From assembly GCA_020634015.1 (NCBI GenBank), contig JACKCN010000001.1, positions 928,785 through 992,784 on the forward strand: a stretch of 64,000 nt of DNA, given 5' to 3'. The position numbers and the translations under genes are program-made. Source of the stretch: Candidatus Delongbacteria bacterium. Its GTDB lineage: Bacteria > CAIWAD01. Below the pieces are notes generated by a model, which had not been told where the DNA came from, did no database searches, and saw only the letters and a program-made list of their open reading frames with translations. The first letter of the stretch is position 1, and each line of letters opens with the position of its first letter. Below, piece after piece: positions 27,682 to 36,382 of this stretch.

Positions 27682-29016
27682 TCAGCGCAGAGTGCGTCCC
27701 ACCGAGAGCTCCAGGTCGGCCAGGCGGTCCAGAAAATCGAGCTGCTGCTGGATGTGGCCGGTCTCCGCCTGACGCAGGGTGGCGCGTGCACTCTGGACAT
27801 TCAGCAGGGTCGCCAGACCCAGGCGATAGCGCTCCTCCTCCATTTCGAAGGAACGGCGCGCCAGCTCGCGGTTCTTTTCCGTGACACGGCTCTGCTCCCA
27901 GGAGGATCCGAGGCGCGCCAGGGCATCGCCGATTTCCGAACGGGCCTGGCGGCGAGCCTGCTCCAGATTGAGTTGCTCGCGTTGCTCGTCGGCACGTCGA
28001 TGCTGCCAGGTATTGGTGGTGGTGAAACCCGTGAACAGGGGCAGACGCAGATTCAGGCCCAGCCAGGTGGTGTTGTTGTCGGGAAAGAGTTCCAGATCCT
28101 TGCGCTCTTCACGGTTGATCGAGCGGCTGTAGTCCAGCCCCAGAGACAGGTTGGGCATGAAGCGGGCACGCGCGGCCGTGGTGCTCCAGCGGGCACTTTC
28201 CACGCGGTGCTGCTGGACCACAAGCTCGTAGCGGGTTTCTTCGGCCATGGCCACCAGATCCTCGGCCTGCCAGGTGGGCTGGAACACATCGAAGGGTACA
28301 TCGAGAGTGGCCTGCACTCCCGGTTCGAGCCCGATCAGCACGGCCAGGGCGTCCCATGCCGAGCGCAGTTCCTGGCGCGCATTCTCCACGTTCAGCTGCT
28401 GGCTGCCCAGATCGATTTCGGTCTGCAGCACATCCAGTTGTGTCACGGCGCCCACCTCGAAACGGGCCTGGGCCAGACGGTGCTGCTCCTCGTTCTGGCG
28501 CAACAGCTCCTCCTCACGCCCCAGCAGTTCGCGACGGGCGATCACCTGATGCACCTGGCGTCGCAGATCGCGATGCAATTGCAGCTGGGCCCGCTCGTGG
28601 GCCAGACGCACATCCGCCTGGGCCAGCAGGGCCAGGCGATAGTTGGACACGGTCTCAAAGCCCTTGAACAGGTCCTGGCTGGCGCTGATCGACCAGGAAT
28701 TGGAATTGGTGACGAAGCTTTCACCCGCCGGGCTGGTCTGGATGGACCCGTCGGAGGCCACGTAGTCAAAGGTTTCCCGGCGTGTCCGCGAGGTGTTGGC
28801 GCTCAGGTCCACTGTGGGCAGAAAGGTGCCCAGCGCCTGCAGCCTGTCGCCACGCAGGCTGTTCACATCCAGTTCGGCCGAGGCCACGGAGGTGTTGCCC
28901 GCGCCGCCGATGGCGTACAGGTCCGCGAAGGTGTAACTGCGGGCCGGATCCAATGTCTCGGCGAAGGCGGCGGATGTCAGGAACAGGGTCACACAAAGGG
29001 AAATCGCGGAACGCAT
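27682..29016 (-). CDS. TolC-family outer-membrane efflux channel
   Basis: 444 aa. Signal peptide, then two tandem OEP-type repeats rich in coiled-coil (..LDVLQTEIDL.. / ..LLNVQSARATLRQAE..). Confidence 0.85.
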   Translation of the reverse strand: MRSAISLCVTLFLTSAAFAETLDPARSYTFADLYAIGGAGNTSVASAELDVNSLRGDRLQALGTFLPTVDLSANTSRTRRETFDYVASDGSIQTSPAGESFVTNSNSWSISASQDLFKGFETVSNYRLALLAQADVRLAHERAQLQLHRDLRRQVHQVIARRELLGREEELLRQNEEQHRLAQARFEVGAVTQLDVLQTEIDLGSQQLNVENARQELRSAWDALAVLIGLEPGVQATLDVPFDVFQPTWQAEDLVAMAEETRYELVVQQHRVESARWSTTAARARFMPNLSLGLDYSRSINREERKDLELFPDNNTTWLGLNLRLPLFTGFTTTNTWQHRRADEQREQLNLEQARRQARSEIGDALARLGSSWEQSRVTEKNRELARRSFEMEEERYRLGLATLLNVQSARATLRQAETGHIQQQLDFLDRLADLELSVGRTLR

Positions 29017-29052
29017 GGACTCTCCGGTCGAATGGAAACGGGTGGCAGGGGA

Positions 29053-30069
29053 CTAGAAGACGCCGGTATCCTCGCGAAGAAGGAATCCTGGCATTGGATC
29101 ACAGTCTCCGTCGAGCATGTCCTGGCGCATCTCCTCTCGCAATTCGAGCATGTCCTGACGAAGTTCCTCGCGATTTTCCTCGAGGTCACGCCGGGCTTCT
29201 TCCATGCTTTCGCGGATCTCCTGGCGGTTCTCCTCGTCGAACGAAAAGAAGAGCATGGAGGACTCCAGTCCGTTCACCACGCCCTCGCCGATGCGGATTC
29301 CCATGTCGGCCATCGTTTCCGCTCCGTCCACGGTGCCGTCAAGCAGCAGGGCCCGTGGGGTTTCCGTGTCGGGCACGAACAGGCTGGAATGATCGCGGCT
29401 GCCGATCTGGAAGGTGAGGGTGCGCGGTTTGTGGTCCCGGTAGATCAGGATGGTGATGGTCGTACCGGGTTTCGTGCTGCGCGTGAGACGTCCCAGGCGG
29501 CCGATGCTGTCGACGCGCTTGTCGTCGAGCTGCACGATCACATCACCGACCTTGATTCCGTTCTTCTCGGCGGAAGATCCGGACACCACGCCATCGACGA
29601 GCACTCCGTATCCTTCCTCGACACCAAAGAACTCGAGCAGGTTGGTGTTGATCTCCTGCGTGGTCACTCCCAGGAAGCCCGAGTTGGAACTCACGTCCTT
29701 GCCGAAGACCTTGACCACGGGCGCGTTCCTTGGGGCCTCGCCCAATTGGGCACTCAGGGTGTGCTTCTCGCCGCCCCGCAACACGACCAGTTTGATCGTA
29801 TCACCCGGTTCGTGGCGTCCCAGATAGAAACTGAGGTCGTCGCGATCGGTGACTGCCTTGCCCCCGAAGAGCAGAAACAGGTCGCCATCGCGGATGCCGG
29901 CCTTTTCGGCGGGCGATCCGTCAACGACCTGGTCGACCCGGACCGCCAGACCCTTTTCGCCATACTTGTCCAGAGAGACCGGTTCGTCGTCCAGGATCAC
30001 TCCCAGAAAGGTGTCGCCGGCCAGGGCGATTCTGGCCGCGAGCAGCAGGATGGCCAGCAGGGTTTTCAC
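29053..30069 (-). CDS. periplasmic tandem-PDZ protein with acidic coiled-coil tail (no protease domain)
   Basis: Start re-set to GTG 30069 with a strong AAGGAGGTG SD, giving VKTLLAILLLAARIALAG. Two PDZ cores are present (VDGSPAEKAGIRDGDLF; VSGSSAEKNGIKVGDVI). The tail is EENRQEIRESMEEARRDLEENREELRQDMLELREEMRQDML. Confidence 0.75.
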   Translation of the reverse strand: MKTLLAILLLAARIALAGDTFLGVILDDEPVSLDKYGEKGLAVRVDQVVDGSPAEKAGIRDGDLFLLFGGKAVTDRDDLSFYLGRHEPGDTIKLVVLRGGEKHTLSAQLGEAPRNAPVVKVFGKDVSSNSGFLGVTTQEINTNLLEFFGVEEGYGVLVDGVVSGSSAEKNGIKVGDVIVQLDDKRVDSIGRLGRLTRSTKPGTTITILIYRDHKPRTLTFQIGSRDHSSLFVPDTETPRALLLDGTVDGAETMADMGIRIGEGVVNGLESSMLFFSFDEENRQEIRESMEEARRDLEENREELRQDMLELREEMRQDMLDGDCDPMPGFLLREDTGVF

Positions 30070-30169
30070 GAAACACCTCCTTCGAAAGGGAACGGAATGC
30101 GGACGAGGGCAGAGTGTCTTCGCCGCGAAAGCCGCGCTTTGACCGGCTGCCGCCGCCGCAGGTTTCATC

Positions 30170-31465
30170 TCAACAAGCCGGAATCGGGCTCCGTGGTCCT
30201 TGTGCGACCATCGGCCGCGCCATCTGCCGAGCGCTGAGCACCGCGGATTCCATGGTGAGCGGCAAACCGGTGCGGCACCAGGCTCCACAGACCCAGAGCC
30301 CGGGCAGCAATTCGCCCGGAAGCGGTCGCAGTCGATTCCACTCGGGAGTCTGCAGGGGCAGGGCTCGCGGTTGGCGGATCAGCCAGCCCCGGCCTTCACA
30401 CACGAGCCCGAGGCGGGTCAGCAGCTCCCGGCCTTCCTGCTCGAGGACCCGGCCTTCCAGCTGGCCCAGGCCACTGGCCACCAGAATCGCCGAGCGCTCC
30501 TCCACCCCCGCGTCGACCGGCGGCCTGAAGAGAAACTGGAAGCGCTCTCCAAAAAGTCCCAGCAGGCGTTCGCGCCAGGGCCAGGTTTTCACGGGCAGGT
30601 GCAGGTTGGCGATGCCCGCCGCATCGGTTGACTGCGGCAGTCCGGGCAAGCTCTCTGCCTGCCAGGCAAGCGCCAGCGCCTCGGGCGCTGCCGCCCAGAC
30701 CAGCCGATCCGCCGACACGGATCCGCTCTCGCCCTCCAGCAGGAATCCGCCAGCCGGTTGACGCTTGATCGTGCGTACCGCGGCACCCAGCCGGATCTGG
30801 CCACCGGCGCGCTCGAGCTCCTGGCTCAGCGGTCCAATCAGCAGACGCTCCAGCGGCCAGCGCGTCAGCAGCGGCCTTGCGGCCTGCGCGCTGGCGAACA
30901 TGGTGCGGAAGGCGGAATGGAACAACCGCGCATCCAGGGGCTCGAGGGGACCATTGAAAACCGAGAGCGCCCATTCGCGCCAGAACTCGAGTGCCACTGG
31001 CGAGTGCAGGCCCAGCCGATTCAGCAGTAGTCCCACCGTCTCGCCCTCGGCCGGATCGCTGAGTTGCAGGCGAATACCGGCCTTGAGCAGGGACAGCCGA
31101 TCGCTCCAGTTCCAACCCGAGGCATTCAGCAGGCCGATGGGAAATGCCAGTGCCCCCAGCGCGGGTCGCAGCACAAGGGTGCCACGCCTGCCCGCTCGAT
31201 GAATTGGATAGCGGTCCGGCTGCGTGTCCAGACCCTCGGTGGTGCCCAGCTCTTCAAGCAGATGCAGGCATTCACGGTAGCAGCCCAGAAAGAGATGCAG
31301 GCTGTTGTCGGTACGTCCGAAGGGCGAGTCCAGACTGAAAGTCGCCCCGCCCGGGTGCCGTCGCGCCTCGAGCAAGCAAACGGAAAGTCCGGCGCGGGCC
31401 AGATCGCGGGCCGCCGTGAGACCGGCCAGCCCGGCTCCCACCACCACCACATCGCTGTGTGTCAT
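30170..31465 (-). CDS. hpnE: FAD-dependent hydroxysqualene dehydroxylase (squalene-associated amine-oxidase-like)
   Basis: Start ATG 31465 overlaps the hpnD stop (ATGA). The dinucleotide fold is DVVVVGAGLAGLTAARDLARAGLSVCLLEAR. It lies directly downstream of the two squalene/phytoene-synthase paralogues. Confidence 0.8.
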   Translation of the reverse strand: MTHSDVVVVGAGLAGLTAARDLARAGLSVCLLEARRHPGGATFSLDSPFGRTDNSLHLFLGCYRECLHLLEELGTTEGLDTQPDRYPIHRAGRRGTLVLRPALGALAFPIGLLNASGWNWSDRLSLLKAGIRLQLSDPAEGETVGLLLNRLGLHSPVALEFWREWALSVFNGPLEPLDARLFHSAFRTMFASAQAARPLLTRWPLERLLIGPLSQELERAGGQIRLGAAVRTIKRQPAGGFLLEGESGSVSADRLVWAAAPEALALAWQAESLPGLPQSTDAAGIANLHLPVKTWPWRERLLGLFGERFQFLFRPPVDAGVEERSAILVASGLGQLEGRVLEQEGRELLTRLGLVCEGRGWLIRQPRALPLQTPEWNRLRPLPGELLPGLWVCGAWCRTGLPLTMESAVLSARQMARPMVAQGPRSPIPAC

Positions 31466-32346
31466 TTCCACGAAAGGGCCGTGCCCAGGGCGATCCACAG
31501 TTTGCGCCAGAGGGGATAGCGCACCTTGCCGCGAGTGACATCGTGGTCCCGTGCGCGGATCTCGACCAGCAGGCGACGGTAGAGCCGCGCCATGATCAGG
31601 GCAGGTTTCATCGAGGAGCGTTCGGACTCGGGCAAGAGGGCGAACGCGTCGTCGTACAGGCGGTCGCTGCGATCGCAGAACTCCTGCATCAGCGTGCGGA
31701 AGCCAGGGTGAAAGTTTCCGTGGATCACATCCTCGTCGCTGACACCGTGATGCAGGCGTTCGTCCTGGGGCAGGTAGATCCTGCCTTCCGCCGCATCTTC
31801 GGCCACATCTCGGGCCACGTTGGTAAGCTGCATCGCCAGACCCAGAGTTTCCGCGAACTGGCGCACACGGGGATCGCGATAGCCGAAGATCTCGATGCTC
31901 ATCAGGCCCACCACGGAGGCCACATGCCAGCAATACTGGCTGAGGGCGGCGAAATCGGGATAGCGCTGGCGGGTCAGGTCCATTTCCATGCCGTCCAGCA
32001 ACTGGTGCAGCAGCTCACGCCGGATCGGGAAGCGTTCCAGCGTGTCACGCAATGCCAACATCACCGGTTCCCGCGAGGAGTCCATGCGCTCCAGCTTGTC
32101 GCGCAGGGTGTCCAGGCGCTGACGTCCCTGTTCAATGGACGGCGCTTCATCCACGGCCTGGTCGGCATGCTGGCAGAAGGCGTAGACGGCATGGATCGCC
32201 CGTCGGCGCCCGGGGCTCATGAATGCGAAGGCCCAATAGAAATGGCGGGCGTGCTGGCGGGTATATGCGGAGCAGTAGCGATAGGCGGAGTCCAGTTCGT
32301 GGGCCGCTGGTGCCAGCGCATTGACGTGCTCGATGGCTGCGCCCAC
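31462..32346 (-). CDS. hpnD: presqualene diphosphate synthase (squalene/phytoene synthase family)
   Basis: SQS_PSY motifs YRYCSAYTRQHARHFYWAF...VYAFCQHADQAVDE and the second Asp-rich region NVARDVAEDAAEGRIYLP. The start was chosen as GTG 32346, preceded by a GGGGGAGGG purine tract; the track start at 32562 would overlap hpnC. Confidence 0.8.
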   Translation of the reverse strand: MGAAIEHVNALAPAAHELDSAYRYCSAYTRQHARHFYWAFAFMSPGRRRAIHAVYAFCQHADQAVDEAPSIEQGRQRLDTLRDKLERMDSSREPVMLALRDTLERFPIRRELLHQLLDGMEMDLTRQRYPDFAALSQYCWHVASVVGLMSIEIFGYRDPRVRQFAETLGLAMQLTNVARDVAEDAAEGRIYLPQDERLHHGVSDEDVIHGNFHPGFRTLMQEFCDRSDRLYDDAFALLPESERSSMKPALIMARLYRRLLVEIRARDHDVTRGKVRYPLWRKLWIALGTALSWK

Positions 32347-32368
32347 CCCTCCCCCTTCCAGGCTCGAT

Positions 32369-33292
32369 TCAGCGGCCGCGTCCCATTGCTGCGGCCAATC
32401 CGATACGGATTTTTTTCCCGCGGGAAAGATGGGGCCGGCGCCACAGAATATCCACTCCCTGCCAGCGTACCTGCTCCAGAATCGCCCGGCCTCCACCCAG
32501 AAACAGGGCCAGTTCCAGCGACAGGCGTCGTGGCACACGCCGCAGCAGGGGGGCGCCTTCATCGAAGAGCTGGCCGGTCCAGTCAGTCAGCGAATCCAGC
32601 AGGGGCTGCAGCTGGTTTCCTGCGGCTCGCAGGCCTTCCAGATCGGTGGGCAGCCCATGAGCCAGAAGGTCTTCCCGTGGCAGGGTCCAGCGTCCAACGG
32701 GCAGATCCCGGGAGAGGTCCTGCCAGAAGTTCGCCAGTTGCAGACCGGTGCAGATCCGGTCGGAAAGCCGGTCCAATTCCGGATCATCCAGCCCGAACAG
32801 GCGCAGGATCAGTCGACCGACCGGATCGGCGCTGCGACTGCAGTAGTCCAGCAGAGAGGCTCGCGACTCGTGCACGGGCGATACCAGATCCTGGCGGAAA
32901 GCGCTCAGCAGATCCAGCAGCAGTGAAAGGGGCATGGCGTGTCGTTGCAGTGTCTCGACAAGGGCGGGCAGCAATGGATGCCGATCAGCCCCGGAGGGCA
33001 GTTCGCGGATCATCTGGGTCCAATGATCCAGACGGGCCAGACGAAAGGCGATTTCATCCTGCGGGGCCAGGCCGGGAGGCAGCTCCCCGGGCTCGTCGGC
33101 CAGGTCATCGGAGAAACGGGCGAAAGCGTAGATCGCGGCCAGGGCGGGGCGCAGTCGGCGGGGAAAAAGCAGGCTGCCGACGGTGAAGTTTTCATAATGG
33201 GCCAGAAACTCCCGGCAGTACAAACCAGAAGAGGCTGGATTGCCCGCACCGGGCTCCAGCCTCTTCCGAATGAATGACTCCGTGGGGTCCAC
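32369..33292 (-). CDS. hpnC: hydroxysqualene synthase (squalene/phytoene synthase family)
   Basis: 307 aa. AHYENFTVGSLLFP...IYAFARFSDDLADE and FWQDLSRD motifs. GTG start 5 nt after the stop of the small upstream ORF. Confidence 0.8.
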   Translation of the reverse strand: MDPTESFIRKRLEPGAGNPASSGLYCREFLAHYENFTVGSLLFPRRLRPALAAIYAFARFSDDLADEPGELPPGLAPQDEIAFRLARLDHWTQMIRELPSGADRHPLLPALVETLQRHAMPLSLLLDLLSAFRQDLVSPVHESRASLLDYCSRSADPVGRLILRLFGLDDPELDRLSDRICTGLQLANFWQDLSRDLPVGRWTLPREDLLAHGLPTDLEGLRAAGNQLQPLLDSLTDWTGQLFDEGAPLLRRVPRRLSLELALFLGGGRAILEQVRWQGVDILWRRPHLSRGKKIRIGLAAAMGRGR

Positions 33293-33297
33293 CCGAA

Positions 33298-33504
33298 TCA
33301 GGAGAACATGTCGATGGGCGTATTGACGTGCATGTTGCCCGTGGACTGAATGTTGTTCTCAAGCTTCTGGCTGCCCAGGCGGTTGGCTTCCTTGGTCACC
33401 TTGACGAAACAGTTCCAATGGTAGGTACCTTCGATACCCTTCTGCTTGGATTCGTACTTGGTGTCTTTTTTCTTGATTTCCTTCTGGCAGTAACAGCAGT
33501 CCAT
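33298..33504 (-). CDS. small Lys-rich zinc-knuckle protein (68 aa), unknown function
   Basis: ATG 33504 with an AAGGGAG SD. Sequence: MDCCYCQKEIKKKDTKYESKQKGIEGTYHWNCFVKVTKEANRLGSQKLENNIQSTGNMHVNTPIDMFS. It contains a C-x2-C-x22-H-x2-C pattern. The stop is 5 nt before the hpnC start. Confidence 0.55.
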   Translation of the reverse strand: MDCCYCQKEIKKKDTKYESKQKGIEGTYHWNCFVKVTKEANRLGSQKLENNIQSTGNMHVNTPIDMFS

Positions 33505-34218
33505 CAAGCTCCCTTTCACTGAGTGATTTCGACTGGCCGGCGCGAACCCGCCATGTAAACAGAAACAACCTGCCGGTGTTCCGGGAGGCTTCCGAAGTGA
33601 GTGTGTGTCGTCTGAATGCCCTGGTTCCTGACTTGTAGACAGGGGCAACTCGATCGCATCACCTGCCGTTTCCCCGGAACCCGAAGGGGAAGGTATCCTT
33701 CAACTGTCCAGAACACTGGGTTGAAATACTTTGACAAAGACCCAGGGCCGTCAGGCAAGGCTTCGAGCGCCGCCATTTCCGGACGGCCCGGAGTATAATC
33801 CTTTTTTCGTGAAACACAAATTTCGTGGCGCCATTTCTGGCGATATCAAGAGAAAAGCAAACTCTGTTATTTTTGTCACAATGAGTTCCGGCGCGGGAGC
33901 GGATCGGCACCCCGGCACGACGTCCCGGGGAGAGCCTCGGATGGCCCCCCCCCGAAATGGCAGACAGGCGCGCCGGATGGATCCATACCATTCAAGACCA
34001 GACCCTCTCGAAGCGGGCAGGTCCGGGCCACCGTCCGCAGGCAACAGTGTGATGGCCGTCACATCCGACTGTGGTTCTGGACACCTTTCAAGGCCGGGCT
34101 CTCTGCCACTATTGGGCCGCGCAAAAGATTCCGCGGAATTCGATTCCGAACCAAGGGGGAACTCTTCAGCGTGCTGAAGAACCTTCCGCCAGCGCCTGGC
34201 GCAGGTTGAAGGATTGTT

Positions 34219-34253
34219 GGGGCAGGCCCCTGGGGGGGGAGCCTGCCCCTTTT
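34219..34253 (+). terminator. orphan intrinsic terminator in an intergenic region
   Basis: GGGGCAGGC-(13-nt loop)-GCCTGCCCC followed by TTTTCTCTC on the plus strand. No credible plus-strand CDS lies upstream of it. Confidence 0.6.
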
Positions 34254-34393
34254 CTCTCGCCCTTGTTTTCTGAGCAAGATCAAGCGCCCGCAACCGGCGG
34301 AGCAGTAGATAGTCGGCGCTGGATTGGTCTTGCCCGATCGGGCAGAGCCGTCCAGCCTCCCGACCCTCCACTCTTCGACTTGAAAGGCTCACA

Positions 34394-36109
34394 ATGACCC
34401 CGAAACTGCTTCTCGGGTTGATCCTGCTGACGGGCTTCAGCATTCCCCTCTTCGCTCGTTCCAGCTATACCGGCTACTCACATGCTCCCGGACGCCAGAC
34501 CTGTGCGGTGTCCTGCCATGGCAACAGCAGTGGAACCGTCACTCTGGATGGTTTCCCGCTGACCTATACTCCCGGGCAATCCTACACCATCACGCTGGGA
34601 CACAGTGCCGGCAACAGCATCCGCAATTTCAACGGCTCCTGCCGGGTCGGTACGGGAACCACGAATGCCGGGCAGATCACGGCAGGCACCGCGACCGCCA
34701 CGTACAGTGTCAGCGGTGAGACGAACGGCGTGCATCTCTCGTCCAACAGCCAGAATACGGCCAGTTTCTCATGGACGGCTCCCGCAGCGGGCACCGGCAC
34801 GGTGCGCCTGTATGTTGCCGCCTATCAGGGCAGCAACACCAACGGTCAGACAACCGCATTGACCCTGATCGCCGACGAAGAAGTGGCCGCGCTGCCCGAA
34901 CTGGTTCTGCTGGACTGGCAGTTCTCCGGCGATGACGACGGAGACGGCATCGCGGAGCCCGGTGAAACACTTGTTCTGACCGCCAGCCTCGAAAACGTGG
35001 GTGCCGGGTCGGCCAGCTCCGTGGAACTGGCCGTGTCCACCGACTTCGAATGGATCACGGTGCTCAATGGGATCAGCACCTTCCCCGATCTGCTGCCCGG
35101 GCAATCCGCCAGTGCGGACTTCCCTTTCCAGCTCCAGATTTCTCCCGATTGTCCGGCCATCAGCACGGCGGACCTGGCCCTGCAGATCACCAGCGCGGAG
35201 TTCCAGGGCAGCGACCAAATCCTACTGGACATCGGGCAGCGCCTGCCCTTCTGGGCTGCGGATGGTGAAGGGGATGTGGTCGATTGGCAGATGCCCACCG
35301 TGGGCGACTGGCTCAACGACTGGCACCTGAGCACCGAAGACAGCATGTCACCCACGCACGCATGGAAATGCGGTGACAGCGACATCGGGGAGTACGCGGC
35401 TCACGCGGATGCTCGCCTGATCACTCCGCCCATCCTGCTCCAGAACTGGACCCGCTTGAGCTTCATGCATCGGATGGATGCGGAAATCTCCGGCGCATCA
35501 CCGGATTCGGCCTACGATGGGGGTGTCGTGGAAATCAGCCTGGATGACGGAGCAAGCTGGATCCAGCTGGAACCCATCGAAGGATACAACAAGGTGTTCC
35601 GTTGGCTCACGGGGGGCGGAAATCCCGCGACCCACCCCTTCACGGGTGGCACTCCGTGTTACAGTGGGCTCTTTGACTGGCAACCCGCCAGTTTTGATCT
35701 GGGCGACTACACCGATCAGGTCGTCCGCTTCGCCTTTCATTTCGGCTCGGACGACGGCACCCAGCTTGAAGGCTGGTACGTGGACGACCTGCAGCTCAGC
35801 GGATTCGATGACGGCGTGGCTGTGAGTCACAGAATCGAAGACCCCGCGGAGTTCACCCTTCTGGAGGCCTGGCCCAATCCTTTCAACCCGACGACCTCCA
35901 TCGGCTTCCACACTCTGGAAGCTGGGCCCGTTCGCCTGTCTGTGTACAACATGGCTGGCCAGCTGGTGCGCAGCTTGCTCGATGGCCCCTGCGAAGCCGG
36001 ATTCCAGCAATCTCAGTTCGACGGGACCGGCCTGGCGTCGGGTGTTTATCTGCTGAGGCTGGAAACCCGCAGCAGCCTGCAGACCCGTCGGATTCTCTTG
36101 ATGAAATGA
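34394..36109 (+). CDS. secreted protein with T9SS type-A C-terminal sorting domain
   Basis: 571 aa. Signal peptide, then YTGYSHAPGRQTCAVSCHG near the N-terminus. A jelly-roll-like central region is suggested by WHLSTEDSMSPTHAWKCGD...VRFAFHFGSDDGTQLEGWYVDDLQL. The C-terminus is WPNPFNPTTSIGF...SGVYLLRLETRSSLQTRRILLMK. Confidence 0.8.
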   Translation: MTPKLLLGLILLTGFSIPLFARSSYTGYSHAPGRQTCAVSCHGNSSGTVTLDGFPLTYTPGQSYTITLGHSAGNSIRNFNGSCRVGTGTTNAGQITAGTATATYSVSGETNGVHLSSNSQNTASFSWTAPAAGTGTVRLYVAAYQGSNTNGQTTALTLIADEEVAALPELVLLDWQFSGDDDGDGIAEPGETLVLTASLENVGAGSASSVELAVSTDFEWITVLNGISTFPDLLPGQSASADFPFQLQISPDCPAISTADLALQITSAEFQGSDQILLDIGQRLPFWAADGEGDVVDWQMPTVGDWLNDWHLSTEDSMSPTHAWKCGDSDIGEYAAHADARLITPPILLQNWTRLSFMHRMDAEISGASPDSAYDGGVVEISLDDGASWIQLEPIEGYNKVFRWLTGGGNPATHPFTGGTPCYSGLFDWQPASFDLGDYTDQVVRFAFHFGSDDGTQLEGWYVDDLQLSGFDDGVAVSHRIEDPAEFTLLEAWPNPFNPTTSIGFHTLEAGPVRLSVYNMAGQLVRSLLDGPCEAGFQQSQFDGTGLASGVYLLRLETRSSLQTRRILLMK

Positions 36110-36382
36110 TGCCTTTCCACCCATGGACTTCAATCGAATGCCGGGCTCTGCTGGTTCCTGCCGGGTATTCCAGCAAGGGGCGCCTGTGTCTGGGCTCACA
36201 CCTTGCCAGTGCCTCGGGGCAATTCATGGGGGATGCGAATACCTCTTATTGTGGCCGCATCGGGAAGGGGTAGCGGCCCCGGACCCGGTGTCTGCCTGAT
36301 TCAGCTGTCCTGTCAAGATCGCCCGGTGGTCCCAGTGGATCACCGGGCGTTCAGTCTCCGGCAAGGTTCGTCTTGAGTCTTC

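Noticed and set aside
27145-30237. 1030-aa plus-strand ORF. Similar long antisense ORFs occur at 17021..19348 (+), 17985..19700 (-), 20326..21771 (-), 56141..57814 (+) and 59553..61718 (-).
   Set aside because: Each is antisense to, or out of frame with, genes carrying strong motifs (tsaB/TolC/PDZ, the sigma-54 EBP/murC, the sugar transferase, the histidine kinase, the GlmS-like gene). The compositions are R/P/G/A-rich and not protein-like.
33990-34170. Strings reminiscent of structured RNAs: GCAGGTCCGGGCCACC (compare RNase P P4 GAAAGTCCGGGC and SRP GGTCCGGAAGG) and GGAATTCGATTCC (T-loop-like)
   Set aside because: The invariant nucleotides are missing: no GAAAGUCC, no matching ACAGAACCCGGC partner, no GGAA tetraloop with AGCAGC, and no acceptor stem or CCA context. 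The resemblance is too weak to call without a covariance-model scan.
33731-34443. 148-aa (+) and 230-aa (-) ORFs filling the long gap between the zinc-knuckle ORF and the T9SS cargo gene
   Set aside because: Both are R/P/G/S-rich and lack an SD. The minus ORF overlaps the start of the 34394 gene, and neither shows any family motif. The region is treated as non-coding.
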